64,000 bases of DNA from Chrysemys picta bellii. Its lineage: Eukaryota. The stretch is taken from contig NC_088800.1 in NCBI RefSeq assembly GCF_011386835.1, positions 57,474,001 through 57,538,000 on the forward strand, in the 5' to 3' direction. Below the pieces are notes generated by a model that had not been told where the DNA came from, did no database searches, and saw only the letters and a list, made by a program, of their open reading frames with translations. This document shows, in pieces, positions 1 to 11,865 of the stretch (its first letter is position 1; every line of letters begins with the position of its first letter). A program made the translations under genes and the position numbers.

Positions 1-434
1 TCATACTGGGGATCGCTGGCATATGGAGGCATGGTCACCTGGAAAGATGCGCTGAGAGCACTACACGCCTTTCTGAGCAAACAGGAAGGGGATTTTCAAA
101 ATTCCCAGAGAATTTAAAGGGTGGGTCTGACGGTTGGTCACCTGAGGGCAGGGCAGTAGAGTTCAAAGTGATGACCAGAGTGGCTAGAACAGGCATTGTG
201 GGACACTTCAAGAGGCCAATCAGAGCACATTAATAGACCAGGATGTCTACACTGGCACTGTGGCACTCCAGCCGGGGCGCAGCAAGCATTATGCTTCTCA
301 TGGAGGTGGATTACCAGGAGCGCTCCAGCCGTGGAGTCCAGGCACTCTACGTGCCTTGCCAGTGTGGACGCGTCATGAGTTAGGGCACCCAGGGCTGCTT
401 TAATGCGCTCTAACTCACAAGTGTAGCCAAGCCC
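1..434 (-). mobile_element. Terminal part of a long Harbinger/PIF DNA transposon copy (truncated by window start), including the start of its Myb/SANT gene
   Basis: 1-434 aligns by eye with ~57690-58107 of the full element (GGAGGCATGGTCACCTGGAAAGAT..., Myb ATG on minus strand at 32). It ends in the TIR-like ...CAAGTGTAGCCAAGCCC at 434. Confidence 0.8.
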
Positions 435-583
435 ATAGCTTATGCCTCTCACGGAGGTGGAGTAATTATGCCAATGGGCGAGCGCTCTCCCATCAGCATA
501 GTGTGTCTTCACCAGATGCACTACAGCGGTGCAGCTGCATTGGTGGAGCTACTCCAATGTAGCATGGTAGTGTAGACTTGCCC
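435..583. mobile_element. Remnant of an older CTACAC-type Harbinger MITE, apparently the host of the preceding element
   Basis: Ends in GTAGTGTAGACTTGCCC, the same terminal motif as other MITEs in the window. Confidence 0.55.
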
Positions 584-914
584 ATAGTCTGAAGCCAGAG
601 GCGCAACTGTGTAGCCAGCATGACAGAGGAGTGCAAGAAAGAGATTTCTTCAAATGAATTACCAGGAATCATAAAAGACACCTATCAAATGATTAAAGGC
701 CACCCTGTAGCTCTCTGTCCTCTTGTGGGGTCTCAGAGTCATTCCCCAGGTTGTGGTCAGGAACATACACTCAATACACAGGATACATAATTCAATGTTT
801 CCGTTAAATACCCAAACCAACAATTATTAATAAGCACCTCCAACCACCCCTCTGCCACAGATACTTAAAAACAATGAGGAAACCCTGTGATTAACTGTGG
901 GAGAAAGGAGATGC

Positions 915-2313
915 TAAAGCCATCATAAATAGGGGAATGGTGAATAGGAGGAGGGAGGTGATCATGATGGTCCCTTCTGGCCCATAGTCTGTGAGATGTT
1001 ACCGCTGTATACAGCATTGGGGAGAGCGATGCTGGACTGCTGCATGCAGTTCTACAGTCTAGATTTGGAAAAGGATGTTGAAAAACTGGAGAAGGTGCAG
1101 AAGTGAGACACAAAAATTATTCAAGGACTGAAAAAAAGGCCTGATCATGAGAGACTTACGGAGCTTTATTATGCTGTACCTCTATGGGGAGACAATGTCA
1201 GGTGCTAAGGGGCTCTTTAATCTAAGGGAGTGGGAAGCAGAACAAGAGTCAATGCCTGAAAGTTAAAGCCAGATAAATTCAAATTAGACATCAGGAACAA
1301 ATGTTAGCAGTGAGGGTGATTAAGCATGGGAACAAACTAACCCAGGTGGATTCTTCATCTCTTAATGTCTTCACATCAAGATCTGATACCTTTCTGGAAG
1401 ATATGTTTTAGCCAAACACAAGTCATTGGATTCAGTGCAGCGGGAATGGGCCTGTGTTATGCATAGGGCCCTACCGAATTCACAATCCATTTTGGTCAAT
1501 TTCACAGTCATAGGAATTAAAAAATCATAAATTTCATGATTTCAGCTATTTAAATCTGAAATTTCACAGAGTTGTAATTGTAGGGGTCCTGACCCAAAAA
1601 GGAGTTGCGGGGTGGTTGCAAGGTTATTGTAGGGAGGGGGTTGCAATACTGCTACCCTTACTTCTGTGCTGCTGCTGGTGGTGGTGCTGCCTTCAGAGCT
1701 GGGAAGCTGGAGAGTGGCGGCTGCTGGCCAGGAGCCCAGCTCTGAAGCAGAGCTGCAGTCAGCAGCAACGCAGAAGGATGGTATGGTATGGTACCGTATT
1801 GCCATCCTTACTTCTGTGCTGCTGCCCACAGAGCTGGGCCCTCAGTCAGCAGCCGCCACTCTCCAGCCGCCCAGCTCTGAAGGCAGCAACGCAGAAGTCA
1901 GGGTGGCATGGTACGATATTGCCACCCTTACTTCTGCACTGCTGCTGGCAGGGCACTGTCTTCAGAACTGGGCACCCAGCCAACAACTGCCACTCTCCAG
2001 CTGCCCAACTCTGAAGGCAGCACAGAAGTAAGAGTGTCAATGCCACAACCCCCCTAAAATAACCCTGTGACCCCCCTACAATTCCCTTTTGGGTCAGGAC
2101 CCCCAATTTGAGAAACGCTGGTCTCCCCCGTGAAATCTGTATCGTATAGGGTAAAAGCATACTAAAGACCAGATTTCACATGGGGGGAGGGGGCGGGGAA
2201 GGGGGAGAACAGATTTCATGGTCCATTACATGTTTTTTATGGCCAGGAATTTGGTAGGGCCCTAGTTATGTGGAAGATCAGACTAGATAATCTAGTGGGC
2301 TCTTATGGCCTTA
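915..2313 (+). mobile_element. CR1 LINE 3' fragment, interrupted by a hAT element at 1464-2264
   Basis: Contains typical CR1 3' text (AAGGATGTTGAAAAACTGGAGAAGGTGCAG..., AAATTCAAATTAGACATCAGG..., GACTAGATAATCTAGTGGGCTC) that resumes after the hAT TSD. Confidence 0.75.
1464..2264. mobile_element. Non-autonomous hAT-type element with internal ~120-bp tandem repeats
   Basis: TIRs TAGGGCCCTACC...GGTAGGGCCCTA; 8-bp TSD GTTATGCA (1456-1463) / GTTATGTG (2265-2272); repeated unit GCCACCCTTACTTCTG...CTCTGAAGGCAGC. Confidence 0.85.
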
Positions 2314-2715
2314 AAATCCATTAATCTTGCCCTTCTGGTTCATTTCTTGCTTTCTGTTCCTTTCCCCTATTTAGAGGTTTGCATTGCCCTTGGGAATCTC
2401 TGTGATAGAATTAAATAGCCTCCATGCTAAATGTAAGGATTTTAATTTCTTCCCTTTTCACTTTACGCTCTTTTTGATGAGTCTCCTCATTTCTGGGAAG
2501 TTCCCCTTCATAAAAGTCAGTGTCTCTGGGCTAAATTTTGGTATCTTCCTTTGTAGATGTAGAACGTAATTACATTCTTTTCACTGTTGCTTAGTCCTAA
2601 ATAACATGCAGGAGATTGTTAAAAAGTAACTATAGTTGAGCCACTATGTCAAGAATAGCTTCCCCTCTTGAGTGCTCCACTACTAGCTGCTCCAAGAAGT
2701 GATTGTTTGAGACTG

Positions 2716-3124
2716 TTGTTTCCAGCCACGGGTACTGTACGCCAAGGAGGTACGCAGAGGCCTTCCAGGGGATACATCAACTCATCTAGATATTTGCCTA
2801 GTTTTACAACAGGCTACATAAAAAGCACTAGCAAAGTCAGTACAAACTAAAATTTCATACGGACAATGACTTGTTTATACTGCTCTATATACTATACACT
2901 GAAATGTAAGTACAATATTTATATTCCAAATGACTTATTTTATAATATATATGGTAAAAATGAGAAAGTCAGCAATTTTTCAGTGATAGTGTGCTGTGAC
3001 ACTTGTATTTTTATGTCTGATTTTGTAAGCAAGTAATTTCTAAGTGAGGTGAAACTTGTGGGTATGCAAGACAAATCAGACTCCTGAAAGGGGTACAGTA
3101 GTCTGGAAAGGTTGAGAGCCACTG
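2716..3124. mobile_element. hAT-Charlie-like non-autonomous element
   Basis: Right end GGTTGAGAGCCACTG resembles a Charlie-type TIR; the left end is degenerate. Confidence 0.6.
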
Positions 3125-3584
3125 CTTTAGAAGACAATTTAGAAACAGAGAAAAGAAATAGGAAGATTTAACAGGTTTCCTAAAACTCCAGACAAGGATT
3201 GTGGTCAACATCTCTGCTCCTCATGCGCAGGAAAATTAAAATGAGAGGGTTTTTTTTGCAATTTTTCAAAATTTGGCCAGTTTTGTCACACTTTAAAAAC
3301 AATTGTCATATTCTTCCCCATTCCACATTCAGCGAGTGTGGAAGACATTCTTTTTAAACATTAAATCATATCACTAAAATGGGGTCAACATTTTCTCTCT
3401 CCCCCTTTATGGGAAAATGAGAACTGCACTTTGTGTAATGAAAGAATCCAAGGAGAGTCTGTTCCTGGCTCATGCAAAACTATTAGCCACCCCTGAGAGC
3501 TGCATGGAGCAGGAAGGAGCCGGGCAAGATACAACATGATGCAGAAGCAGAGCCTACAGACTTATGAAACACAGAACACAGTGA

Positions 3585-3665
3585 ATACTTAATCCTGCCA
3601 TGCGTGCAGGGGACTGGACTAGATGACCTCTCAAGGTCCCTTCCAGACCTATGATTCTATGAATC
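3585..3665 (+). mobile_element. CR1 (or CR1-tailed SINE) extreme 3' end
   Basis: GGACTGGACTAGATGACCTCTCAAGGTCCCTTCCAG...ATGATTCTATGA, the CR1 3' hairpin plus terminal octamer repeat. Confidence 0.75.
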
Positions 3666-3842
3666 TGAGCTGACAGGCACGATGTGAGGATCCTACCTAG
3701 AGGGATTAAAGAGTTGTGGAATACATGGTTTGAACCACCACTGATGTTAAGGGAATGATTCCCACTGACTTTCTTTGATGGGTGCTGTCTTGGCCCCAGC
3801 ATAAGCAGTAAAACACTTTCAAGTCCCCCAAGATATCTACAG

Positions 3843-4059
3843 TAGTGGTTCTCAAACTTTTGTACTGTGACCCCTTTCACATAGCAAGCCTCTGAGTGCG
3901 ACCCCCCCTTATAAATTAAAAACACTTTTTTATATATTTAACACCATTATAAATGCTGGATGTAAAGCAGGGTTTGGGGTAGAGGCTGACAGCTCGCAAC
4001 CCCCATGTAATAACCTCGCGACCCCCTGAGTGGTCCCGACCCCAGTTTGAGAACCTCTG
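3843..4059. mobile_element. hAT-Charlie-like MITE
   Basis: TIRs TAGTGGTTCTCAAAC...GTTTGAGAACCTCTG; perfect 8-bp TSD ATCTACAG at 3835-3842 and 4060-4067. Confidence 0.85.
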
Positions 4060-7000
4060 ATCTACAGCCTTATGCTTCACCTTTCAGGTCAGGCTTACAT
4101 GTTAGTAACCAAAACTTTTTAAACTTGTGCTCTGAGCCTGCAGCTGTGACGCAGACAGAACCATCATTAAGGCAATCTGGTCCAAAGAGGGCTTGCAGGG
4201 TCACCCTTTTAGATGTCAATGAAAACCAGGAAATATTACCAAAAGATCCTAGACACGCATTATCCACCTTGTCCCAAAATTGAAATCCTCCGTTGAATTT
4301 GATAGTCCCTTTCTATAATTTGTTAAATTCCCTTTTTAATCTGATTATTCCAGGGTTAGCTCAGGCAAAGATTTCTAACTCAAGACCACCTGTTCTTAAT
4401 CTTTTACAAACTGGATTGAATCTTGTAATTTGAATATAATAAATGTTAAAAAGCGAGAAAAGATATTTGATACCCCTCCCCCAAACGTACTTGTTATTCT
4501 AACTTGTGTCTCCTTTGGGCATTTTGGCCATTTACCTGTGAGAAGAGGTGCAATCACAGAGCAGAGAATGAAGATGAGGCTTGTGAACATTTCACTCAGA
4601 CTCATTGTCTTTGTCCAGGTTCATGCCATGTAGTTGGGCTCTGAGTTTCCTCTTCCCGGAGAAGGAACACCATTCAGTCTATCCATGCTTTGAGCAATGT
4701 GGGGATTTTGAATCTCAGCAAAGACTTTGTGTAGATGTCACTGCAGAGTGGAAACTGATCCTGTAATGATCAAGCCAGGAACAGGCATCCTCCTGCCTAA
4801 ACATCCAGATGCATTGCTTAGGAGGGCGTGGCCGCAAGGAATGCCAGGGATAATTGCATACAATCATCTGCTTAAAGGGTTGTGCAATTGCCCAACTAGA
4901 ATAGACAAGGCTGTCCCTGTTTTAACTGAACAGCTACTACATGTATTAAGGTAGGCCACTGCACAGGTAAAACCAGATTATTTTGTCTATTCTATTGCCC
5001 AGACTACTAGCCCTGTAATTACCAAAGGTGAGGAGTATCCCTTCCTAGGTACCTCACAGACACTCGATGCTGATGGTGCTGTCAATAGTACCAATACTGC
5101 GGCACAGATCAACGTCATGAAGTTCTTCCTGGTTGCCTACATGCAGAACAATAACTCAGTGTTCGGGGAGTCTGTGGGACCCAGCACATCTCCCCAACCT
5201 GGTGTTGCAACAACTCCTGCCAGTGAGAAGGAAGGAGATACGAAGGCTCCACAAGCCTGGCAGACAGAATTGATGGTAACACCATTGTGAATTCCACTGT
5301 CAAGGTGACAGAAGGAGAGAGTGAGAACAGGGTGCAGGGAAAGGTTCAGGTGAGGTTGCCTGGTAGCAATCCGGCATGTCCCTTTTGTGGGGATCATACT
5401 GGAAAACCAGCAGCTCTGAATATTCATCTTAAATGTAACCACGGTGGGAAGAATGTGGAGTTTCAATGTTCCCTGTGTGAGAAAATGGATCTAAATCCCC
5501 AAGTGTAAGAGATTGACATCACAGGACTCAGCTGATGACTGGGTTTGTGAAGTGTGTGCCAGATAGTGTGGCACCAAATCAGGTATCTCTCAACACAAGA
5601 GACTAACCCAGCTGGCAGAGTGGTACACAACAAAGAATGAATCCAAGCCAGTCAACCTAAATACAACTCACTGTGTGGAAAACACAAGAGTTATTAGATG
5701 GCCCAAGAAGAGTTACCCCTTACCAATTTTGGCAATATATACTTGGGCCAGAAGTATATTAATAAACTCATTGCAAAAGAACTGATCACCAAATCTGCTA
5801 AGCAAATTGGTGACAAAAGGAGGATGCTTGGTCTAACCAACAAGGACTCTTAGCCAGGACATGGAGCCACCATTTGTTATCTGGAAGTAAGATCTGATGA
5901 GCCCCAAACCACAATGGGGCTCAAAATTAAGAAAGGCCTGAAGGATCATGGCCATGAGGACTTTGAGACTAACAGCCTTAGTGCATGGGTTGAAGGAGAC
6001 GTAATGTCAGGTCTCTAGTTGAAACAACTTCCACTGGAGTTCTCTCCTCCTTCCTAATGAGAGCGACAAAGCTGCAAAAGAGATCAAAAAGAAAGCCAAG
6101 ACCAACAAGGGGAGGAAGGAGAAATCTTGGATGAGAAAAAGAGCAGCTAAAAGAGGTACTTAACTGAGGTACCAACAGCTTCATGACAACGACAGGTGTA
6201 AACTTGCCTCTATCATCCTTGATGGCATTGAACTCCTCCAGCGCCAAGTCCCACTCAAATATGTCCACCATGTGTACAGGGATAAGTGGGAGATCAAAAC
6301 GCTCTTTGATGGGTTGGGCCAATTTAGATCTCATGTCAGGGCTGATAATTTGGCATTTAACATCCTAATATCAGCTAAGGAAGTATTAAGAACATAAAAG
6401 AGAAGAATGGCTCCAGGTCCTGATGGTATCAGTTTGAAAGTTCTTGTCCATGTGGACCCTAACAGAGATATGTTGGAGGGGCTATTCAACAAATGGCTGA
6501 TTACAAATCCTGATGGTATTAAGGAATGTCCATCACTACTGATCCCAAAAATGATGGCACCAGAGGAGCTCAAGGATATCGCGAATTGGAGGCCTCTTAT
6601 CATCATTTGCTGTGGCTTTTCGAGAATGTTGAAAACAGGCTGGCTAAAGTGTGCCCATTAAATGAGAAACACAAGGGTTTATTTTGGCACCTGGCTGCTC
6701 AGAAAACCTGAATGTTCTTCACATCATAGTGAAGCAGGCAAAGAAGGACAAAAAGCCTCAGGAAGTCATATTTATACATATAGCCAAGGAATTCAATTCA
6801 GTGTCCCATGATCACATCATCTGGGTGCTGTGGGGAACGGCTTGGACCAGCACATGGTGAACACTCTTAATGACTCCTATAGGAACATCCATACCCTTAT
6901 AGAAGTGGGGAAGGAGCTCACACCTCTCCATTGGTATCAGGGTCAAACAAGGGAACCCCACGTTACTACTGCTAATTATCCTACCTCTTGATCCTCTGAT

Positions 7001-7938
7001 ATCAGTGCTAGAAAAGTCTGGTAGAGGATTCTCGTATGGGGCACAGAAAGTGACAGCTCTCGCCTTTGCAGATGATTTGATCTTGCTCAGTGACTTGTGG
7101 GAAGGCATGAATGGGATCATTGACGTTCTGGAGTCCTTTTTTAGGCTATCCAGCCTGAAGGTGCAAGCTAGAAAATGCCACAGATTCTTCCTGAGTCCAA
7201 CTCACAGCTCATACACTGTCAACAACTGTGAAGCCTGGAAGATAGGTACAGATGGGCTGAATATGATAATACCATGCGGGAGTCTGAGAAATATGTTGGT
7301 GTGAAGGTTGATCTATGAAGTGAGTTCTTCAAAGCTGCACTGTCTGATAAACTTGACACCTGGCTTGAGAGGATTGATAGGATCCATCTCAAGCCTTTAC
7401 AAAAACTGACATGGTGAATGGCTTCACTGTCCCTCAGGTTATCTATCTGGCAGATCCATACTGATTGTAAGAGAACTTCACTATCTTCCCTCAATAACAG
7501 CATGAGGAGGGCCATTAAGGAGTGGCTTCTTCCCCTGGCCAACACCTGCATTCGTGCCAGATCCAGGGATGGAGGTCTGGGCGTGATGAGACTCTCTAGC
7601 CTCATCCCAGCTATTCAGGCAGGGTGATGGCATAGAGAATTGCATGTTCCAAAGATGAGACATTTCTGAGCACTGCATAGTATATTGAGGAGGAGTTCAG
7701 CAGACTGTGGCTGGCAGCATGTGGGAATGAAAAGGCAGCACCTGCGATAACAGATCAAGTTCTGTTCTTGGACAATATCAGAATACCATATAGTGTCTTT
7801 TACCCATTCAATGAGTGGGAGATGCTCATTCCCAGGATCAAGTACCCAATCCCCTGTAGCTGGACAGATGCAGACTTCTCTAATGGAAAGAACTACCATG
7901 CTAAGGAATCCGGGTCAAACATTTCATAATGATCCAGT

Positions 7939-9126
7939 TGTGATGGGTTGGATCACAGAAACCCCCTTGGGAGCTGCCACCCGATGTGCAAAGACTACCC
8001 CTGCTTCTGTTTTCCCTGCCAGCTCAAGACTCCAGCACCCTGTCTTGCTGAGCCAGACACTCCCGTCTGGCTCCAGACACAGACCCAGGGTCTGAATCAC
8101 TTGTCTCAAAGCTGCAAGTTTACCTGAAAACAGCTCGCAGTAGCGTGCTTGTCTTTAGCACTCAGATGCCCAACTCCCAATGGGGTCTAAACCCAGATAA
8201 ATCCGTTTTACCCTGCATAAAGCTTATGCAGGGCAAACTCATAAATTGTTCGCCCTCTATAACACTGATAGAGAGATATGCACAGCTGGTTTGCTCCCCC
8301 AGGTATTAATACATACTCTGAGTAAATTACTAAATAAAAAGTGATTTTATTAAATACAGACAGTAGGATTTAAGTGGTTCAAAGTAGTAACAGACAGAAC
8401 AAAGTAAGTCACCAAGCAAAATAAAATAAAATGCGCAACTCTATGCCTAATCAAACTAAATACAGATAATCTCACCCTCAGAGATGCTTCAGTAAGTTTT
8501 TCTCAGACTGGACATCTTCCAGGCCTGGGCACAATCCTTTCCCCTGGTACAGCTCTTGTTGCAGCTCAGGTGGTAGCTAGGGGATTCTTCATGATGGCTT
8601 CTCCCCCTCTCTCTTCTCTTCCCCCCTTTATATATCTTTTGCATAAGGCGGGAACTCTTTGTCTCTCTGGGTTTCCACCCCCCCTCACTGGAAAAGCACC
8701 AGGTTAAAGATGGATTCCAGTTCAGGTGACATGACCACATGTCACTGCAAGACTTCATTACTCACTTGCCAGCACACACATATACAGGAAGACTCACAGG
8801 TAAATACAGCCATCTGCAGACAATGGGAGTCATCAAGATTCCAAACCATCATTAATGGACCACACTTTACACAATTACAATAGGCCCTCAGAGTTACATT
8901 TTATATTTCTAGTTTTAGATACAAGAGTGGTACATTTATACAAATCAGATGATCATACTCAGTAGATTATAAGCTTTGTAATGATACCTTACAAGAGACC
9001 TTTTGCATGAAGCATATCCCAGTTACGTTACATTCACTTATTACCGTATTTTCTCTAAAACCAGCTCAGTTACATTATATTGATTATCAAGTTTTTATAA
9101 AACCATATAGACTGCACAACGTCACA
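7939..9126 (-). mobile_element. Solo LTR (Gypsy/ERV-like) inserted in the R2 ORF
   Basis: TGTGAT...GTCACA termini; 5-bp TSD CCAGT at 7934-7938 and 9127-9131; its minus-strand 5' end resembles the LTR fragment at 12569. Confidence 0.85.
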
Positions 9127-9270
9127 CCAGTCAGCTATGATTGGCTCAGGAACCACATGTGTTTCAGAGCACCAGTTTCCAACAGCCTTAAAGTTGAGAA
9201 TGAATGTGTATTCCACCCGGGAATATCTAAGGCATGGCAAAGACAATCCCTTAGTGAGGTACAGACACTG

Positions 9271-9708
9271 CATAATGGTGTGGGGGTCTAGAACCCAGGT
9301 CTGCAGAGCTGCTAGGCAGTTAGCATCTCCATGCTGTCACCTAGCAGCAGCTGTAATGAGCCTGCACTCCACTGCCCATGACCTGCTATGGACACAGACC
9401 ATGGAACATCCCACCTCAAGGGGTCTGACAGGCAGCAGCCCCAAAGCTTCTGTTTGGCTCCTCACCCTATGCAAACCTCACCTGTAGATGCCAGGACCAT
9501 TCCTTGATCAACTCCTGAACTCCTGGCTTCGACCTCAGATTGATTTGGACTTCGCCTTCTGACTCAGACTCTGAAACCTGACTTGGACTCTGACCCTTGG
9601 TATCGACCCTGGCCTGGAATCTGACTGTGCTCTTCTCCACTACTCCCTGCCTCAGAGTTGCCCCTGCTCTGACCCTTAGTCCTGACTGCATTTGTTGGGA
9701 TCCTGACA
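9271..9708. mobile_element. Second LTR-like insert splitting the R2 zinc knuckle
   Basis: Flanked by CACTG/CATTG near-TSD; ends ...CCTGACA; internal short repeats (GACCCTGGCCTGGAATCTGACT-like). Exact ends are uncertain. Confidence 0.55.
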
Positions 9709-9993
9709 CATTGTTCTGCTAAATATGAATCGTTATCTCACATTTTGGGACAATACCCAGCAGTCCAACATGCCTGCATAAGGAGGCATAATAAGATGTG
9801 TGAGATTTTGGTAAAAGAGGCAAGGAAACTTGAGTGAGTTGTATATCAGGAACCAAAACTACACACTGATGATGGCAAACTGAGAAAAACAGACTTTTTA
9901 TTTGCAAAGGATGGAACAGCCCATATGGTCGATGCCATTGTTTGTTTTGAATATAGGGAGAAAGCATTCATGAACGCAGTGGCAGAGAAAGTG

Positions 9994-10855
9994 TCGTATA
10001 TACTCGATCATAAGCCGGTTCGTTTATAAGCCGACCCCCCCACCAAGATGGATAAGTAAAAACTGAAAAATTTTATAACCCGTTTATAAGCCGACCCTAT
10101 AATTCAGGGGTCAGCAAACTTTGGCTCCTGGGCCATCAGGATAAGCCGCTGGTGGTCCGAAATGGTTTGTTTACCTCAAGCGTCCGCAGGCAAGGAGGTA
10201 AATCTAAGTAAACAAAGTGTCCCGGTGCGCCAGCTGCTTACCCTGACGGGCCAGGACAGCAACTGGTGGGGAAATTTTTTGGGGGGGAGAAGCTGGGAGT
10301 CAGGGGAGTAACCCCTGTGATCACCCACGACATGACCCCACCCCTAGCCTGGGACCCCCACATTCTCCCCATCCCATCCCTTCCCAACTTATCTGGGGAG
10401 GGCCAGGGGAAGATGTCTGTGACCTGACTAGAGCTGCTCCGGCAGGCTGGGCAGCGTGGCCGCAGCCTGTTCCGGTGGGCCAGACCAGGCGGCGCGGCTG
10501 CAGCATGTTCCAGTGGGCTGGACCTGGCAGCTTGGCCACAGCGTGCTCCGGCGCCCGGGCAGCGTGGCCACAGCCTGCTCTGGGGTGTGGGGCCGAGTGG
10601 TACAGCTGCAGCCTGCCAGCCCCAGAGCTGCAGCTGCTTTGGAGGCTGGGAGGAGAGCAGCATGGCCAGAAGTGGAGAGACTCTGGCCCCACCTCTTCCC
10701 TTCTGTCTCTGCTGGCTGTGTCTTCTTGCTCCCTCTTTTGGGGGGAGGGGCTGTGTCCTACCTCTCCCTCTCTATACTCGTTCATAAGCCGACCCCCATC
10801 TCTGGTGCTTCCCTTTTTTACTAAAAAAATTCGGCTTATGAACGAGTATATATGG
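9994..10855. mobile_element. Tc/mariner (Tc2-like) non-autonomous element with a captured hAT-like fragment
   Basis: TIRs (C)CGTATATACTCGATCATAAGCCG / CGGCTTATGAACGAGTATATATGG; TA TSD (right intact at 10856-10857, left mutated to TG); internal CAGGGGTCAGCAAACT at ~10105. Confidence 0.8.
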
Positions 10856-11277
10856 TACAATATTATCAGTCTGTGACTGAACAATTCAAAAAATTGACAG
10901 GGGCCAAACAGGTCACCTATGATGGTTTCCACACCGGTGTGAAAAGGAATGGCGTAAGATAAATGACAAGCTATTATCACATCTTGGGATGTTGAACTAC
11001 AGGCAAGGACAAGCAACTAGACTGTTCAATCAGAAAGCCCTGCTGTACTCCACAGATATCATCAACATCTTTGCCAGCATAGGGAAGGGTGCTGGCAACC
11101 CTGCTGATACCAAGCTTGATGGTACTCCAAGGCGACATGTAGAAATCTCCTAACAACTATACCCCTTAATTCATGACTCTGTTCACTGAACATGGCAAAC
11201 TGGGTTGGATGGGCCATCTGAAGTATAGCACTCCCCAAATAACCTGAAAAAGAAACCTGTGGAGAGAGGGGTTCAAA

Positions 11278-11825
11278 TAGCCAAATGCCTCATCATCTAA
11301 TTAGAGATGCACATGAATGGATGAACGAGATTCCCACTCTACCCACCTACTGTCTAGTGAAACCACAGCCAAGGGAACAGGCTTGGCAGAATCAGCCAGG
11401 AAAGAAGAGCTTGTTGAGCTTGATTCTAATCTGGCACTGTGAAGAGATATGAGAGGTGTAAAATAAGTGAGAGACCTCTGGGCTGCTGGTGAAATACCAC
11501 TACTCATCATTTTACTCACTTTACCTGGTGAGGTGGGCCCGGGGGGGGGGGGGGGGGGAAGCCCCGAGTTGCTCTTGCTTCTGGCTCCAAATGTCCAGTG
11601 TGTGCTGGGCGCAAAAGCTCCAGGGGCAGTGTCAGGTGGGGAGTTTGACTGGGCCAATACACCTGTCAAACTGTAACACAGATGTCCTAAAATGAGATCA
11701 GAAAGGACAGACACCTCCTGTGGACCAGAAGGGCAAAAAAACTCACTTGATCTTGATTTTAAGTACGAATACAGACTGTGAAAGCAGGGCCTCGTGATTC
11801 TTCTGGCTTTCTGGGTTTTAAGCAG

Positions 11826-11865
<40 letters not shown>

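Larger units (their letters stand above)
4727..11153 (+). pseudogene. Disrupted R2 polyprotein ORF (ZnF-Myb-RT-zinc knuckle-RLE endonuclease)
   Basis: Many stops and frameshifts. The frame 4727-5289 has only one stop. The reading frame rejoins across each nested insertion (NDPV|SYDWLR, YRH|CSAKYESL, EKV|QYYQ). Confidence 0.88.
4700..11277 (+). mobile_element. R2 non-LTR retrotransposon (three-zinc-finger R2-A-like), decayed, near full length (~4 kb after removing three nested inserts); 5' boundary approximate
   Basis: Domains appear in R2 order: zinc fingers CPFCG..HLKCNH, FQCSLCEK and WVCEVC..TKSGISQHKR (~5360-5610); Myb INKLIAKELITKSAKQIGDKRRML (~5670-5835); RT APGPDGI (~6410), WRPL, AFADDL (7062-7079), RDGGLG; ALKLRMNVYSTREYL; YRHC..ESLSHILGQYPAVQHACIRRHNK; RLE nuclease (LRKTD..VDAIVCFEY); C-terminus ALLYSTDIINIF, stop 11151-11153; short 3'UTR ending GGGGTTCAAA. 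Confidence 0.92.

Noticed and set aside
4946-4954. TTAAGGTAG, resembling the R2 target site, as a possible 5' junction
   Set aside because: There is no 28S similarity upstream, and the motif lies inside the long frame (4727-5289) that probably encodes the R2 N-terminus. A 9-mer match is plausibly chance.
4986-4996. TCTATT matching 12442-12447 as a candidate TSD for the R2-28S insert
   Set aside because: It is only 6 bp and AT-rich, and the R2-like open frame continues upstream of it, so it is unlikely to be the boundary.
10238-11016. Long ORFs (up to 231 aa)
   Set aside because: They lie in the GC-rich interior of the Tc2-like insert and antisense to R2; not independent genes.
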